DNA of 34,833 nucleotides. Source: Candidatus Aquidulcis sp. Its GTDB lineage: Bacteria; Chloroflexota; Limnocylindria; Limnocylindrales; Limnocylindraceae. Made by a program: the position numbers and the translations under genes. Within the stretch, counting starts at the first letter, position 1; the number at the start of each line of letters is the position of its first letter. Under the pieces are notes generated by a model. The model did not search any database and was not told the DNA's origin. It was given only the letters and a program-made list of their open reading frames with translations. The stretch spans positions 1-34,833 of the forward strand of contig QWRK01000003.1 of assembly GCA_003670455.1 (NCBI GenBank). The letters are read 5' to 3'. Positions 8,093 to 17,382 of the stretch are shown piece after piece.

Positions 8093-8901
8093 GCGCGCCG
8101 ACGACCTACTCAGCCACCTCAAAGTTCAGCCTTCGTCGCGAGGCTGCAGCGGCTGGGGCAATCGCTGCCCGCGATGTCACCAAGCTGCTCCGTGATCCGA
8201 TCCGCCTCGTTGGTGGGCTCGTCTTCCCCGCCCTCTTCATTGGAGTTCTTGGCGGTGCCTTCGCCTCAAACTTTGAGTCGCCGGGCATCGACCTGCTCCC
8301 ATTCATCTTTGCTGGGCAGCTAGCACAGGGTGTCTGGCAGTCGTCGGCCCTCGGCCTCGTCTCCATCCTTGAGGACCGCGAGAACGACTTCAGCCAAGAG
8401 ATCTTCGTGGCGCCAATCGGCCGGCGAACGATCCTTGCCGGCAAGATCCTCGGAGAGTCGTTGGTCGCCTTCCCGCAGGCCTTTACGGTGATGGCCTTCG
8501 GCATCATCCTCGGCATCCCACTCACCCTGGCGCAGGTTCTCGCGATCATCCCTGCGCTCATCTTGGTCGCCCTCTTCGGTGCCGCATTTGGCGCACTGAT
8601 CGTGAGCGTGCTACCGAACCAGCGCTCGGCGAACCTTCTCTTCCCGTTCATCTTCTTGCCGCAGTTCTTCCTCGCCGGCGCCTTCAACCCAATCCGCAAC
8701 CTGCCGTGGTACCTCGACATCGTCAGCCACATCTCACCGCTGCGCTATGCCGTTGACCTGATTCGCGGTGCCTATTACGGCTACCCAAATGAGGCGGTTC
8801 TCGCCGATCCTGCGTGGAACGTTGTCGTTATCTCTGTCGCAACGGTCGTCATGCTTTCAATCGGCACCTTCCTCTTCGTACGCAGCGAGCGCAATCGCTA
8901 A
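8089..8901 (+). CDS. ABC-2 exporter permease (DrrB-like)
   Basis: ATGA overlap with the ATPase; 'EDREND...EIFVAP', 'LAGAFNP', 'PLRYAVD' and about 6 TM segments. Confidence 0.9.
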   Translation: MSAPTTYSATSKFSLRREAAAAGAIAARDVTKLLRDPIRLVGGLVFPALFIGVLGGAFASNFESPGIDLLPFIFAGQLAQGVWQSSALGLVSILEDRENDFSQEIFVAPIGRRTILAGKILGESLVAFPQAFTVMAFGIILGIPLTLAQVLAIIPALILVALFGAAFGALIVSVLPNQRSANLLFPFIFLPQFFLAGAFNPIRNLPWYLDIVSHISPLRYAVDLIRGAYYGYPNEAVLADPAWNVVVISVATVVMLSIGTFLFVRSERNR

Positions 8902-8916
8902 CTAATCCTTACCCCT

Positions 8917-8941
8917 GCGCTATGTGATAGCGCACCGCTAT
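8917..8941. promoter_or_regulatory. Candidate operator: overlapping inverted repeats upstream of DoxX
   Basis: GCGCTAT-gtg-ATAGCGC (8917-8933) overlaps ATAGCG-cac-CGCTAT (8927-8941). Confidence 0.35.
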
Positions 8942-8986
8942 GGATTACCGATTTTCACTAAGTGGGCGCACACTCGCCTCAGCGGC

Positions 8987-9009
8987 ACGAATCGCTTCGA
9001 TTCGTTTTT
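8987..9009 (+). terminator. Terminator/attenuator-like hairpin
   Basis: ACGAATCG-CTT-CGATTCGT followed by TTTT, between the ABC-2 operon and DoxX. Confidence 0.45.
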
Positions 9010-9047
9010 GGATCGACGATCTAGGCCGAAAGCTGGAGGCAGTACAT

Positions 9048-9599
9048 ATGCGTACGACTGCATCACTTTCCTGGTATCCGAAGGCGGTCGCCATCGGGCG
9101 AATTGTCATCGGCGTCATCTTCCTGTGGGCAGGTCTCGAGAAGGTCATCGGCGGCGCCGGTGAGTGGACCGCGAAGGGATTCCTTGCGTTCGGCACCGGT
9201 GGCACGCTCGGCTGGCCATTCGTGACCGAAGTGGTCGAGGGCACGGTGTTCAACCCCACCCATGATTTCTGGGTTGGGCTCTCTGCCAATGATGGTGTCA
9301 TGAGCGTGATCAATCTTCTGGTGCCGTTCGGGCAGATTGCGATTGGCACCTCGTTGATCCTCGGAATCGCGACGCGTTTCGCCTCTCTGATGGGCTCACT
9401 GATGATGCTCTTCTTCTTCTTCGCCGCATGGGACTTCGCCTACGGCATCGTGAACCAGCACCTCACGTATGCCGTGGTTACGTTCGGGTTGGGCGTGATC
9501 GGAGCGGGGAACTACTACGGTCTTGACGCGGGCCTCGGTGGAAGCCTTCCAGCCGGCATCCGCCGCTGGTTCGCCTCGGGGGATACCGTCGCCGCATAG
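9048..9599 (+). CDS. DoxX-family membrane protein (DoxD/TQO small-subunit-like)
   Basis: 'RIVIGVIFLWAGLEK', 'GQIAIGTSLILGIATR' and 'GAGNYYGLD'. SD GGAGG at 9035-9039 precedes ATG 9048. Confidence 0.85.
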   Translation: MRTTASLSWYPKAVAIGRIVIGVIFLWAGLEKVIGGAGEWTAKGFLAFGTGGTLGWPFVTEVVEGTVFNPTHDFWVGLSANDGVMSVINLLVPFGQIAIGTSLILGIATRFASLMGSLMMLFFFFAAWDFAYGIVNQHLTYAVVTFGLGVIGAGNYYGLDAGLGGSLPAGIRRWFASGDTVAA

Positions 9600-9621
9600 C
9601 GACCTGGTGTCCTTACAGGCC

Positions 9622-9666
9622 GCGAGGGTCTGGTCGGCGAAAGCTGGCCAGGCCCTCGTTGTTTTT
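9622..9666 (+). terminator. Intrinsic terminator between convergent doxX and dppF
   Basis: GCGAGGGTCTGGTCGGC-GAAA-GCTGGCCAGGCCCTCGT then TGTTTTT. Confidence 0.8.
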
Positions 9667-9670
9667 GGGC

Positions 9671-10672
9671 CTAGACCTTGTCGGGGAAGTGACAGGCGAC
9701 CTGGTGGCCTGTTGAGACCTGCACCAGCTGCGGCGATTCCGTGTTGCAGCGCTCCGGATTGCCGAGCTTCTCTTTCAGCCAGCAGCGCGTCTGGAATGCG
9801 CAGCCGCTCGGTGGATTCGATGGCGACGGCACATCGCCCTTCAAGATGATGCGCTTGCGCTTCTTCTCAATCGCAGGGTCAGGGATCGGCACCGCGGAGA
9901 GGAGAGCGATCGAGTACGGATGCACCGGCGAACTGTTCAGTTCTGCCGAAGGTGCAACCTCAACGATCTTCCCCAGATACATCACGGCGGTGCGATCGCT
10001 AATGTGGCGCACCACCGAGAGGTCGTGCGCAATGAAGAGATAGGCGAGCCCAAGACGCTGGCGCAGCTCTGCGAGCAGGTTGAGGATCTGCGCCTGCACG
10101 CTCACGTCGAGCGCACTGACCGGCTCGTCGGCCACCACGAGATCTGGGTTGAGGGCGAGTGCACGTGCCACGCCAATGCGCTGACGCTGCCCGCCAGAGA
10201 ACTCATGGGGATACCGCTCAGCGAAGCGTGGGTCCAGCCCGACCAGTTCGAGGAGCTCAGCAACGCGGCCGGTTCGCTCGGCGCTCGTGCCAACGTTGTA
10301 GATGTCGGCTGGCTCGCGAAGGATCGCGCCAACGGTCATGCGCGGATTCAGCGAGGCGTATGGGTCCTGGAAGATCATCTGCACGCGGCGGCGTAGTTCG
10401 TGCAGCTCACGCCCTTCGGCTGTCGCAAGATTCTGTCCGTCAAAGTCAATCGTTCCAGCGTTCGGCTTTACGACGCGAGTGATCGCGCGCGCCACGGTGC
10501 TCTTGCCGCAACCAGACTCACCAACGAGGCCGAGGATCTCCCCCTTCGCTACCTCAAACGAGACGCCATCCACTGCGCGCACTTCGGCGACGGTGCGCTC
10601 GCGCACCAGCCCTTCACGGATTGGGAATCGAACGGCAAGGTCTTTGACCGTCAGCAGCGGTTCGCGGCTCAT
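9671..10672 (-). CDS. dppF: Dipeptide/oligopeptide ABC ATP-binding subunit (DppF/OppF)
   Basis: [25 protein letters not shown] and oligo_HPY C-terminus with Cys cluster. Confidence 0.92.
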   Translation of the reverse strand: MSREPLLTVKDLAVRFPIREGLVRERTVAEVRAVDGVSFEVAKGEILGLVGESGCGKSTVARAITRVVKPNAGTIDFDGQNLATAEGRELHELRRRVQMIFQDPYASLNPRMTVGAILREPADIYNVGTSAERTGRVAELLELVGLDPRFAERYPHEFSGGQRQRIGVARALALNPDLVVADEPVSALDVSVQAQILNLLAELRQRLGLAYLFIAHDLSVVRHISDRTAVMYLGKIVEVAPSAELNSSPVHPYSIALLSAVPIPDPAIEKKRKRIILKGDVPSPSNPPSGCAFQTRCWLKEKLGNPERCNTESPQLVQVSTGHQVACHFPDKV

Positions 10673-11736
10673 CGGGTGGCTCCTCCTGTGCGCGGCAGTG
10701 GTCGCCCTTCGGCAACCTCGGCAGGAGCGACTGGATTGAAGCAGGCGGCCACGTGCGTTGCGGTCGGTCCGCTCGTCACGATCGGGCCCGTGCCGCCATC
10801 AATCGGCAACAGGGCAGGTGTCTCGGTGGCGCAGCGATCGGTGCGCCAGGCGCAGCGCGCATAGAACGAACAACCCACTGGCGCATCAACCAGATCGGGT
10901 GGTCGACCTTCGATGGGCACCAGCTTGCCGCCAGTCTCGCCGTCGAGACGTGGAATGGAGCGCAGCAGACCAACGGTGTACGGATGGCGTGGCTTGGCAA
11001 AGAGGTCGTCGGTGGTGCCCGACTCAATCACCGCACCGGCATACATCACGTTGACGCGGTCGGCCATGCCGGCAAGAACGCCGAGATCATGGGTAACGAG
11101 GATCGTTGCCGTGCCGCGCTCCTCGGTGAGGCGGCGGAGCAGGTCAAGCACCTGCGCCTGAATGGTGACGTCGAGCGCGGTAGTTGGCTCGTCGGCGATG
11201 AGCACGCGGGGCTCAAGGGCGAGCGCCATGGCGATCATCACGCGCTGCCGCATGCCGCCCGAGAACTCGTGCGGGTAGCTGCGAAGTCGTGACTCTGGAT
11301 TGGCAACGCCAACGGCGGTGAGGAGCTCAATGGCGCGGGTTCGCGCCGCCTCCTTCGTCACCTCGCGGTGTGCCTGAATCGTTTCGATTAGCTGCTCCTC
11401 AATGCGGAGCACCGGGTTGAGCGAGGTCATCGGGTCTTGGAAGATCATGGCAATCTCGCTGCCACGCACCTGGCGCAGCTCCTCCTCTTTTAGGGTGGTG
11501 AGCTCACGCCCGTCGAGCTTGACGCTCCCGCCCTCCACGCGGCCGGCAGGCTTCGGTAGCAGGCCAACGATCGCAAGATTGGTGACGCTCTTGCCACAGC
11601 CCGACTCGCCCGCCACACCGAGCGTCTCGCCGGCGGCAAGGTCAAACGAGACACCATTCACGGCATGCACCGCACCGTCGTGCGTGCGGAAGCGCACTAC
11701 CAGGTCACGAACCTCGAGAAGGTGCTGGTCGCTCAT
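10669..11736 (-). CDS. dppD: Dipeptide/oligopeptide ABC ATP-binding subunit (DppD/OppD)
   Basis: [27 protein letters not shown] and HPYT. Confidence 0.92.
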   Translation of the reverse strand: MSDQHLLEVRDLVVRFRTHDGAVHAVNGVSFDLAAGETLGVAGESGCGKSVTNLAIVGLLPKPAGRVEGGSVKLDGRELTTLKEEELRQVRGSEIAMIFQDPMTSLNPVLRIEEQLIETIQAHREVTKEAARTRAIELLTAVGVANPESRLRSYPHEFSGGMRQRVMIAMALALEPRVLIADEPTTALDVTIQAQVLDLLRRLTEERGTATILVTHDLGVLAGMADRVNVMYAGAVIESGTTDDLFAKPRHPYTVGLLRSIPRLDGETGGKLVPIEGRPPDLVDAPVGCSFYARCAWRTDRCATETPALLPIDGGTGPIVTSGPTATHVAACFNPVAPAEVAEGRPLPRTGGATR

Positions 11737-12617
11737 CGCTTCAACTTCGGGTCAAGCGACTCGCGCAGCCCGTCTCCAAGAAGGTTGAATCCGATCGCCG
11801 AAATGACGATTGCGCCACCGATGAAGATCACAATATGTGGGGCGGCCTGCATGAATCGACGCGCGTCCACGAGCATCGTCCCCCACTCTGGTGTGCGTGG
11901 ATCGGTCGGTCCAAGGCCAAGGAATCCGAGGCCGGCGATGTCAATGATGGCTGTGGCGAGCACCAGCGTCGCCTGCACAATGAGCGGCGTCAGAGCGTTC
12001 GGCAGCATGTGCCGAACCAGAATGCGCAGGCGCGATGCACCAATGGTTCGCGCAGCCACAACGTAGTCGGCCTCGCGGAGCGCCAGCAGTGAGCCGCGCA
12101 GCAGTCGTGCGAACGTTGGTGCGTAACTCACCGCAATTGCCAGTGTTAGCTGTGGCATCCCACGCCCAAGAGCGGTAACGATGCCGATCGCCAGCAAGAT
12201 GCTTGGAATCGAAAGGAAGACGTCAGTCGTACGCATAATCACGCCGTCGACCCGGCCGCCGAATCCGCCCGCGATTGCACCGAGGGCGCCGCCGATAACG
12301 AGCGCAATGGCTACGGCGCCAACCCCAACAAAGAGGCTGATCTGCGCACCGTAGAGAACGCGCGAGAGAATGTCGCGTCCTAGAAGGTCAGTGCCGAATA
12401 GGTGCGTGAGCGACGGCGCATCGAGGCTGCTCCCATTCATGGCGTACGGATCGTATGGCGCAATCAGCGGTGCAAGGATCGCCGCTGAGGCAAAGAGCAC
12501 GATGCAGAAGAGTCCCACCATCGCCGGTCGGTTGCGGCGCAGTCGGCGAGCAGCGTCGCCCCAAAGGCCCCGTTGCGGGCGAGCGAGCTGAGGATCCACC
12601 ATCGCAGCACGCAGCAT
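11733..12617 (-). CDS. dppC: Dipeptide/oligopeptide ABC permease (DppC)
   Basis: 'FGTDLLGRD', EAA loop 'YVVAARTIGAS', 'PEWG' and 'GDGLRESLDP'. Start ATG overlaps the dppB stop (TAATG at 12619-12615). Confidence 0.9.
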   Translation of the reverse strand: MLRAAMVDPQLARPQRGLWGDAARRLRRNRPAMVGLFCIVLFASAAILAPLIAPYDPYAMNGSSLDAPSLTHLFGTDLLGRDILSRVLYGAQISLFVGVGAVAIALVIGGALGAIAGGFGGRVDGVIMRTTDVFLSIPSILLAIGIVTALGRGMPQLTLAIAVSYAPTFARLLRGSLLALREADYVVAARTIGASRLRILVRHMLPNALTPLIVQATLVLATAIIDIAGLGFLGLGPTDPRTPEWGTMLVDARRFMQAAPHIVIFIGGAIVISAIGFNLLGDGLRESLDPKLKR

Positions 12618-13621
12618 TATTGATACCGAATCTTTGGATTCAACAAGGCATAGCCAATGTCGACGAGCAGGTTGACGACAAGGAAGATGAGGGCAAAGAT
12701 GAGGATCGTGGACTGCACGATCGGGTAGTCTCGGTTCTGGATCGCATCCACAACCCATCGGCCAACGCCGTTCCAGACAAATACGGTTTCGGTCAGCACA
12801 GCGCCGCCAAGGAGTGCGCCCGCCTGAAGTCCAACGACAGTGGTGACGGGCAGCCACGCATTCCGCATGATGTGCCGGTTATCAACCGTCTGCTCCTTGA
12901 GGCCCTTTGAACGCGCAGTTCGGACGTAGTCCTCGTTCACTACCTCAATCACCGAGGCACGCGTGATGCGGGTAATGATCGCGAGTGGAATTGAGCCGAG
13001 GGCAATTGAAGGAAGAATCAGGTGACGAACAACATCTACAAATAGATCAAGGCGGCCGGCGAAGAGGGTATCAATCAGCAGCAGCCCTGAAGTGGCATCA
13101 AAGCGAGCGCGAGCATCAATACGCCCTTGCGTTGGCAGCCATTCGAGAATGACGCCGAAGATTGCAACGAGCGCGAGGCCAAGAACGAAGACGGGGATGC
13201 TCACCCCGAAGAGGCTGACGCCTGTGATCAGGCCGTCAATCCGACCGCCCGCTTTTCGTGCGGCGAGCCGGCCGAGAGGAACTCCGACACCGAGGGCGAA
13301 GATGAGTGCGCCAATCGTCAGCTCCACCGTTCCAGGGAAGCGCGTGAGGAACTCAGCCAAGAAGGGCTGGGAGTTGACGACGCTCGCGCCAAGATCACCC
13401 GAAAGGGTGTTCATCAGGTAGCGGATGTACTGCTCCCAGAGCGGAAGATCAAGGCCAAGGTTCTCTCGGAGGGCTGCGCACGCCTCAGGGGTGCGGTGTT
13501 GCCCAAGGATGGCAACGCATGGATCGCCGGGGAGGATGCGGATGTAGGCGAAGAGCAGAATTGAGAGCCCGATCAACACGGGAATTGCGGCGATCAAGCG
13601 GCGAACGATGTATCTCCCCAT
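12617..13621 (-). CDS. dppB: Dipeptide/oligopeptide ABC permease (DppB)
   Basis: 'MGRYIVRRL', 'LPGDP', 'YVRTARSKGL' and 'LNPKIR'. Start 13621 follows TAGACT-7 nt. Confidence 0.92.
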   Translation of the reverse strand: MGRYIVRRLIAAIPVLIGLSILLFAYIRILPGDPCVAILGQHRTPEACAALRENLGLDLPLWEQYIRYLMNTLSGDLGASVVNSQPFLAEFLTRFPGTVELTIGALIFALGVGVPLGRLAARKAGGRIDGLITGVSLFGVSIPVFVLGLALVAIFGVILEWLPTQGRIDARARFDATSGLLLIDTLFAGRLDLFVDVVRHLILPSIALGSIPLAIITRITRASVIEVVNEDYVRTARSKGLKEQTVDNRHIMRNAWLPVTTVVGLQAGALLGGAVLTETVFVWNGVGRWVVDAIQNRDYPIVQSTILIFALIFLVVNLLVDIGYALLNPKIRYQ

Positions 13622-13647
13622 GCGGGTCAGTCTAGGGGTGAAACGCC

Positions 13648-13733
13648 GTCGCCGCCCCCTCAGCCTCACGGCCAAGGGAGCGGCGACAGATGCTCTCGTT
13701 AGAGCGAGTAGCGCACCGCCTTACGCGGCACGC
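13648..13733 (-). other. Three tandem RNA hairpins in the dppA-dppB spacer
   Basis: Minus strand: GCGTGCCGC-GTAAG-GCGGTGCGC; GCTCT-AACG-AGAGC; GTCGCCGCTCCCTTGGCC-GTGA-GGCTGAGGGGGCGGCGAC. Confidence 0.65.
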
Positions 13734-13740
13734 ACCTCAG

Positions 13741-15375
13741 TTACGGTCGGTCGAGCCAGACCAGGTTGAGCGGCTCGTTCAACGCTGCAGAGCCGATGAA
13801 GCCCTTCAGGTCGATCGTGGCAGCTGCCTGCGGCTTCGAGTTGGCAACCGGCACTGTTGGCATGTCAGCGCGGATCAAATCCTGCGCCGTCTCCCACAGG
13901 GCCTTCGCCTCTGCCTCGGTGCCCGCTGCAAGCGCGTCGTTCATCGCCTTGTCGAGGGCATCGTTCTTGTATGCGAACTCCTTTGAAGGGGCGCCGTTCT
14001 TATAACCGAAGAACGCCGTCTTCAAGAAGTTGTCCGGGCCGGCCCAGTCGCCGGTCCAGCCAAGGAGCCACATCTCGTACTTACCCTGGTTCTCGTCATC
14101 CAGGTAGCCTTCGCGCCAACCATCGCTGTTTGGGTTGATCGTGAAGCCGACTGCCTCGAGGTTCGCCGTGATCGCTTCGAACAAGCCCTTTGGATCAGGC
14201 ATGTACGGGCGGGACACGTCGTTTGGATACCAGAAGTCAATCGTGAGGTCGGTTTCACCCGACTCTGCGATCAACTGCTTCGCCTTCTCGACGTCATAGC
14301 CTGGAAGATTGAGGTCCTTCGCGTATGCAACGCCAGCTGGCATCCAGTTCGTTGCTCGCACCGCTGCGCCGGCATAGAAGGTCTTGATCAGGAAGTCGTA
14401 ATCGATCGCGTAGGCAATTGCCTCGCGGATCTTTGGATTGCTGATCGGTGCGTATGTGTGGTTCATCGAGATCTGGAACGTATTGAACGAGGAACCTCGG
14501 TCAATCAGCTGCAGGTCCTTGTTTGCAGTAATCTCTGCAATCGTTGCAGGAGCGATCGTCTGCGCAAGGTCGATCTCGCCCGTTGCAAGACCGTTCACGC
14601 GCTGAGCCTCTTCGGCAACTGCCTTAAAGACAATTGCGTCAAGGTAGGCGACCTTCTCCTTGTTCCAATATTCTGCGTTCTTCTCAACTTCAACGCTATC
14701 GCCAACTACCCACTTCACGAACTTGAAGGGGCCGGTGCCGACCATTGCGCCTGCGCCACCAGTGGCGGCAGTGATCTTGGTCACATCAGCCTCGGTGTTG
14801 TCAGCCTTACCAAGAACCAGCGCCGTTGGCGACTGGATGGCAAAGACCTGAAGCGTCTGGGTCAACAGGAAGTTCGAGCTCGCCTTGCGCAGCTTGATGG
14901 CGACCGTGAGGTCGTCGATCTTCGTTGCGGACTCAAGGTTGCTCTCGCTGCCATAGCCACCGAAGATGTCGCCGATATAGAAGGCGTAGTCTCGGAGCTC
15001 GGTTGGTAGCCCAATGAAGCGCTCATAGTTGAATACGACTGCATCCGCATTGAAGTCGGTGCCGTCGTGGAACTTGACGCCGCTGCGCAGCTTGAACGTA
15101 TAGGTGAGGCCGTCGGCGCTCATCTCATAGCTCTCTGCGAGCACTGGAACGACCTTTGAGGTCGAGCCTGGCTCAAGGCCAACAAGGGTCTCGACGACCT
15201 GCTGGATGACATACGACGTGTTGCTGTCGTCCATCAACGCAGCGTCGGTTCGTACGATGTCGCCTGGTAGGGCAACGATGAGGGTTCCTCCGGCCTTGCC
15301 GACTGGGGTGCTCGAGCACGCCGCGGCGACCATGAGGAGGGCGCCAAGAATGGCACCGATCCGTAGGTTCTTCAT
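13741..15375 (-). CDS. dppA: Dipeptide/oligopeptide ABC substrate-binding lipoprotein (SBP family 5)
   Basis: Lipobox 'VAAAC', 'YTFKLRSGVKFHDG', 'GTGPFKF' and 'VSRPYMPDP'. SD AAGGAG precedes ATG 15375. Confidence 0.92.
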   Translation of the reverse strand: MKNLRIGAILGALLMVAAACSSTPVGKAGGTLIVALPGDIVRTDAALMDDSNTSYVIQQVVETLVGLEPGSTSKVVPVLAESYEMSADGLTYTFKLRSGVKFHDGTDFNADAVVFNYERFIGLPTELRDYAFYIGDIFGGYGSESNLESATKIDDLTVAIKLRKASSNFLLTQTLQVFAIQSPTALVLGKADNTEADVTKITAATGGAGAMVGTGPFKFVKWVVGDSVEVEKNAEYWNKEKVAYLDAIVFKAVAEEAQRVNGLATGEIDLAQTIAPATIAEITANKDLQLIDRGSSFNTFQISMNHTYAPISNPKIREAIAYAIDYDFLIKTFYAGAAVRATNWMPAGVAYAKDLNLPGYDVEKAKQLIAESGETDLTIDFWYPNDVSRPYMPDPKGLFEAITANLEAVGFTINPNSDGWREGYLDDENQGKYEMWLLGWTGDWAGPDNFLKTAFFGYKNGAPSKEFAYKNDALDKAMNDALAAGTEAEAKALWETAQDLIRADMPTVPVANSKPQAAATIDLKGFIGSAALNEPLNLVWLDRP

Positions 15376-15597
15376 GTGTTCTCCTTTAATGGCGAGTTTG
15401 GCCCGGGCCCCTGGCTCGGCCGACGCGGGGTTTCCGCGATTGCCCCATCCTACCGCAGCGCAAGCACGAATTTGGTTCAGAAAGCGCAACCTCGGGACCG
15501 ATTTCACGCACGATTTGAGCAAATCACACGTGCGCCGCTACCCTCAACGGCATCAGGCTGAAGTCCAGTCTGCAGAATTGAAAAGGGAGGAACCTTC

Positions 15598-16482
15598 ATG
15601 GCAACAGCCAAGAAGTCCGCGCCAAAGCGCGCGGCCGCCGTCAGCACCGGGGTCGCGACAACGTTTGCCGCCATTCCGGCCGCCCGCGCGAAGCAGCTCT
15701 TTAACTGGAACCGGCTCCTTGTGCTCCTGCACGGGATCCAGGCAACCATCATCTGGTGGATCAGCCCAACTGATGCCCTAGTGCGATTCGAGGGGACATA
15801 TCCCGTATCGAAGATCGTCGACGGCCAGTTCGTAGGACTTGATTCGGCGAAGGAGCTGCTCATCAGCTTCCCACTCGCCTATCTCGTTGCTGCCTTCTTT
15901 CTCCTCTCGGCACTGGCGCACTTCCTCGTCGCCTACCCGTTCCGCAAGCGCTACGAGAGTTGGCTCGCTCGCGAGTTCAACCCAATGCGCTGGGCTGAGT
16001 ATGCGTTGAGCTCAACGCTCATGATCGTCGGCATTGCATCGCTGAGCTTCATTACTGATGCTGGCGCACTCATTGCCATTGCGGTCTGCAACGCTTCGAT
16101 GAACCTCTTCGGTTGGTCGATGGAAGAGGCAAACATTGGGCGCAAAAACGTTCAGTGGAGCCACTACATCTTCGGCTGCATCGCCGGCATCGCGCCGTGG
16201 ATTGCGCTGTTCACGACCGTCGGTCTCTCGCTGGCCAACTGGCCAACGGGCATTGGGCCAAATGGCCGCGACCTTGAGGCATTCAAGCCTGTGCTGATTA
16301 CGATCTACGTGAGCCTCTTCATCAGCTTCAACATCTTTGCAGTGAACATGGTGTTGCAGCGCTTGAAGGTTGGAAAGTGGGCTGACTACCTTCACGGTGA
16401 GCGCAGCTACATGATCCTCTCGCTCGTGGCGAAGACGCTTCTTGCGTGGCAGGTTTGGACCGGAGTGTTCATGCCAGCATAG
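15598..16482 (+). CDS. Heliorhodopsin (HeR)
   Basis: TM1 His 'LLHGIQA', TM2 'SALAHF', counterion motif 'NPMRWAEYALSS' and retinal Lys in 'LSLVAKTLLAWQ'. SD GGGAGG. Confidence 0.95.
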   Translation: MATAKKSAPKRAAAVSTGVATTFAAIPAARAKQLFNWNRLLVLLHGIQATIIWWISPTDALVRFEGTYPVSKIVDGQFVGLDSAKELLISFPLAYLVAAFFLLSALAHFLVAYPFRKRYESWLAREFNPMRWAEYALSSTLMIVGIASLSFITDAGALIAIAVCNASMNLFGWSMEEANIGRKNVQWSHYIFGCIAGIAPWIALFTTVGLSLANWPTGIGPNGRDLEAFKPVLITIYVSLFISFNIFAVNMVLQRLKVGKWADYLHGERSYMILSLVAKTLLAWQVWTGVFMPA

Positions 16483-16506
16483 GGATAGCCCTCTTACGAG
16501 GAACCT

Positions 16507-16543
16507 GGAGACCCTCGCCCACCTGGGCGGGGGTCTCCTTTTT
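16507..16543 (+). terminator. Intrinsic terminator after heliorhodopsin
   Basis: GGAGACCCTCGCCC-ACCT-GGGCGGGGGTCTCC followed by TTTTT. Confidence 0.88.
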
Positions 16544-16569
16544 GTAGCGGTGGGGCGTACTATGCAGCC

Positions 16570-17373
16570 ATGAGTAATGAGCGGGACCCTAGTGACACAA
16601 AGGGGCTGACGTACGCGAGTTACTTGGCGCTTGATGAGTTGCTCGGGCTACAGCGCCCGCGCTCAGACGAGCATGACGAACTGCTCTTCATTACGATTCA
16701 CCAAACCTATGAGCTCTGGTTCAAGCAGATCCTGCATGAGGTCCGAGGTGCCATGAGTGCCCTCGCTGCAAACGAGAGTTGGCGTGCCTCCCACAGGCTC
16801 AGCCGAGTTCGACATATTCTCAAGATTGCCGTCGCGCAAGTAGACATCCTAGAGACGCTCACCCCACTCGAGTTTGCCGCGTTCCGCAGCCGGCTCGCAA
16901 CGTCTAGTGGATTTGAATCCGCCCAGTTCCGCGAGATTGAGGCGCTCTTCGGAATCCGCAACGCGCGTCTCGCCGACCTACTCCCAGATGAGAAGGCTCG
17001 AGAAATCGTGCGCGCCACCTTGCAGGCACCAAGTCTCTGGGACGCAACGATCCACTGGCTGGCGGTTCGCGGGTCTGCGGTCCCAGCGCGACTACTCAGC
17101 CGAGATGTGTCGGCACCGTATGAGGGGGATGAAGATCTGCAAGAGGTGCTGCTTGAGATCTATCGTGCTGGAGGCGAAGCAGCGAGCATTCTCGAGCAGC
17201 TCGTCGATATCGACGAGGGTGTTCAGGAGTGGCGCTATCGACACGTCAAGATGGTGGAGCGAACCATTGGCCGAAAGTCGGGAACGGGTGGCTCTACCGG
17301 TGTGGAATATCTCGCCGCAAGCCTGCGACGTTCGCTCTTCCCAGACCTTTGGGCCATTCGCGACCGAATGTAG
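16570..17373 (+). CDS. kynA: Tryptophan 2,3-dioxygenase
   Basis: 'HDELLFITIHQTYELWFKQ', 'SGFESAQFR', 'WRYRHVKMVERTIG' and 'GTGGS'. TACTAT-6 nt-ATG. Confidence 0.96.
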   Translation: MSNERDPSDTKGLTYASYLALDELLGLQRPRSDEHDELLFITIHQTYELWFKQILHEVRGAMSALAANESWRASHRLSRVRHILKIAVAQVDILETLTPLEFAAFRSRLATSSGFESAQFREIEALFGIRNARLADLLPDEKAREIVRATLQAPSLWDATIHWLAVRGSAVPARLLSRDVSAPYEGDEDLQEVLLEIYRAGGEAASILEQLVDIDEGVQEWRYRHVKMVERTIGRKSGTGGSTGVEYLAASLRRSLFPDLWAIRDRM

Positions 17374-17382
17374 TTGGAGCGA

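Noticed and set aside
15514-15528. CRP/FNR box (TTTGA...TCACA)
   Set aside because: The spacer is 5 nt rather than the required 6.
15598-17373. Heliorhodopsin-kynA operon
   Set aside because: A strong intrinsic terminator (16507-16543) and a separate TACTAT promoter separate the two genes.
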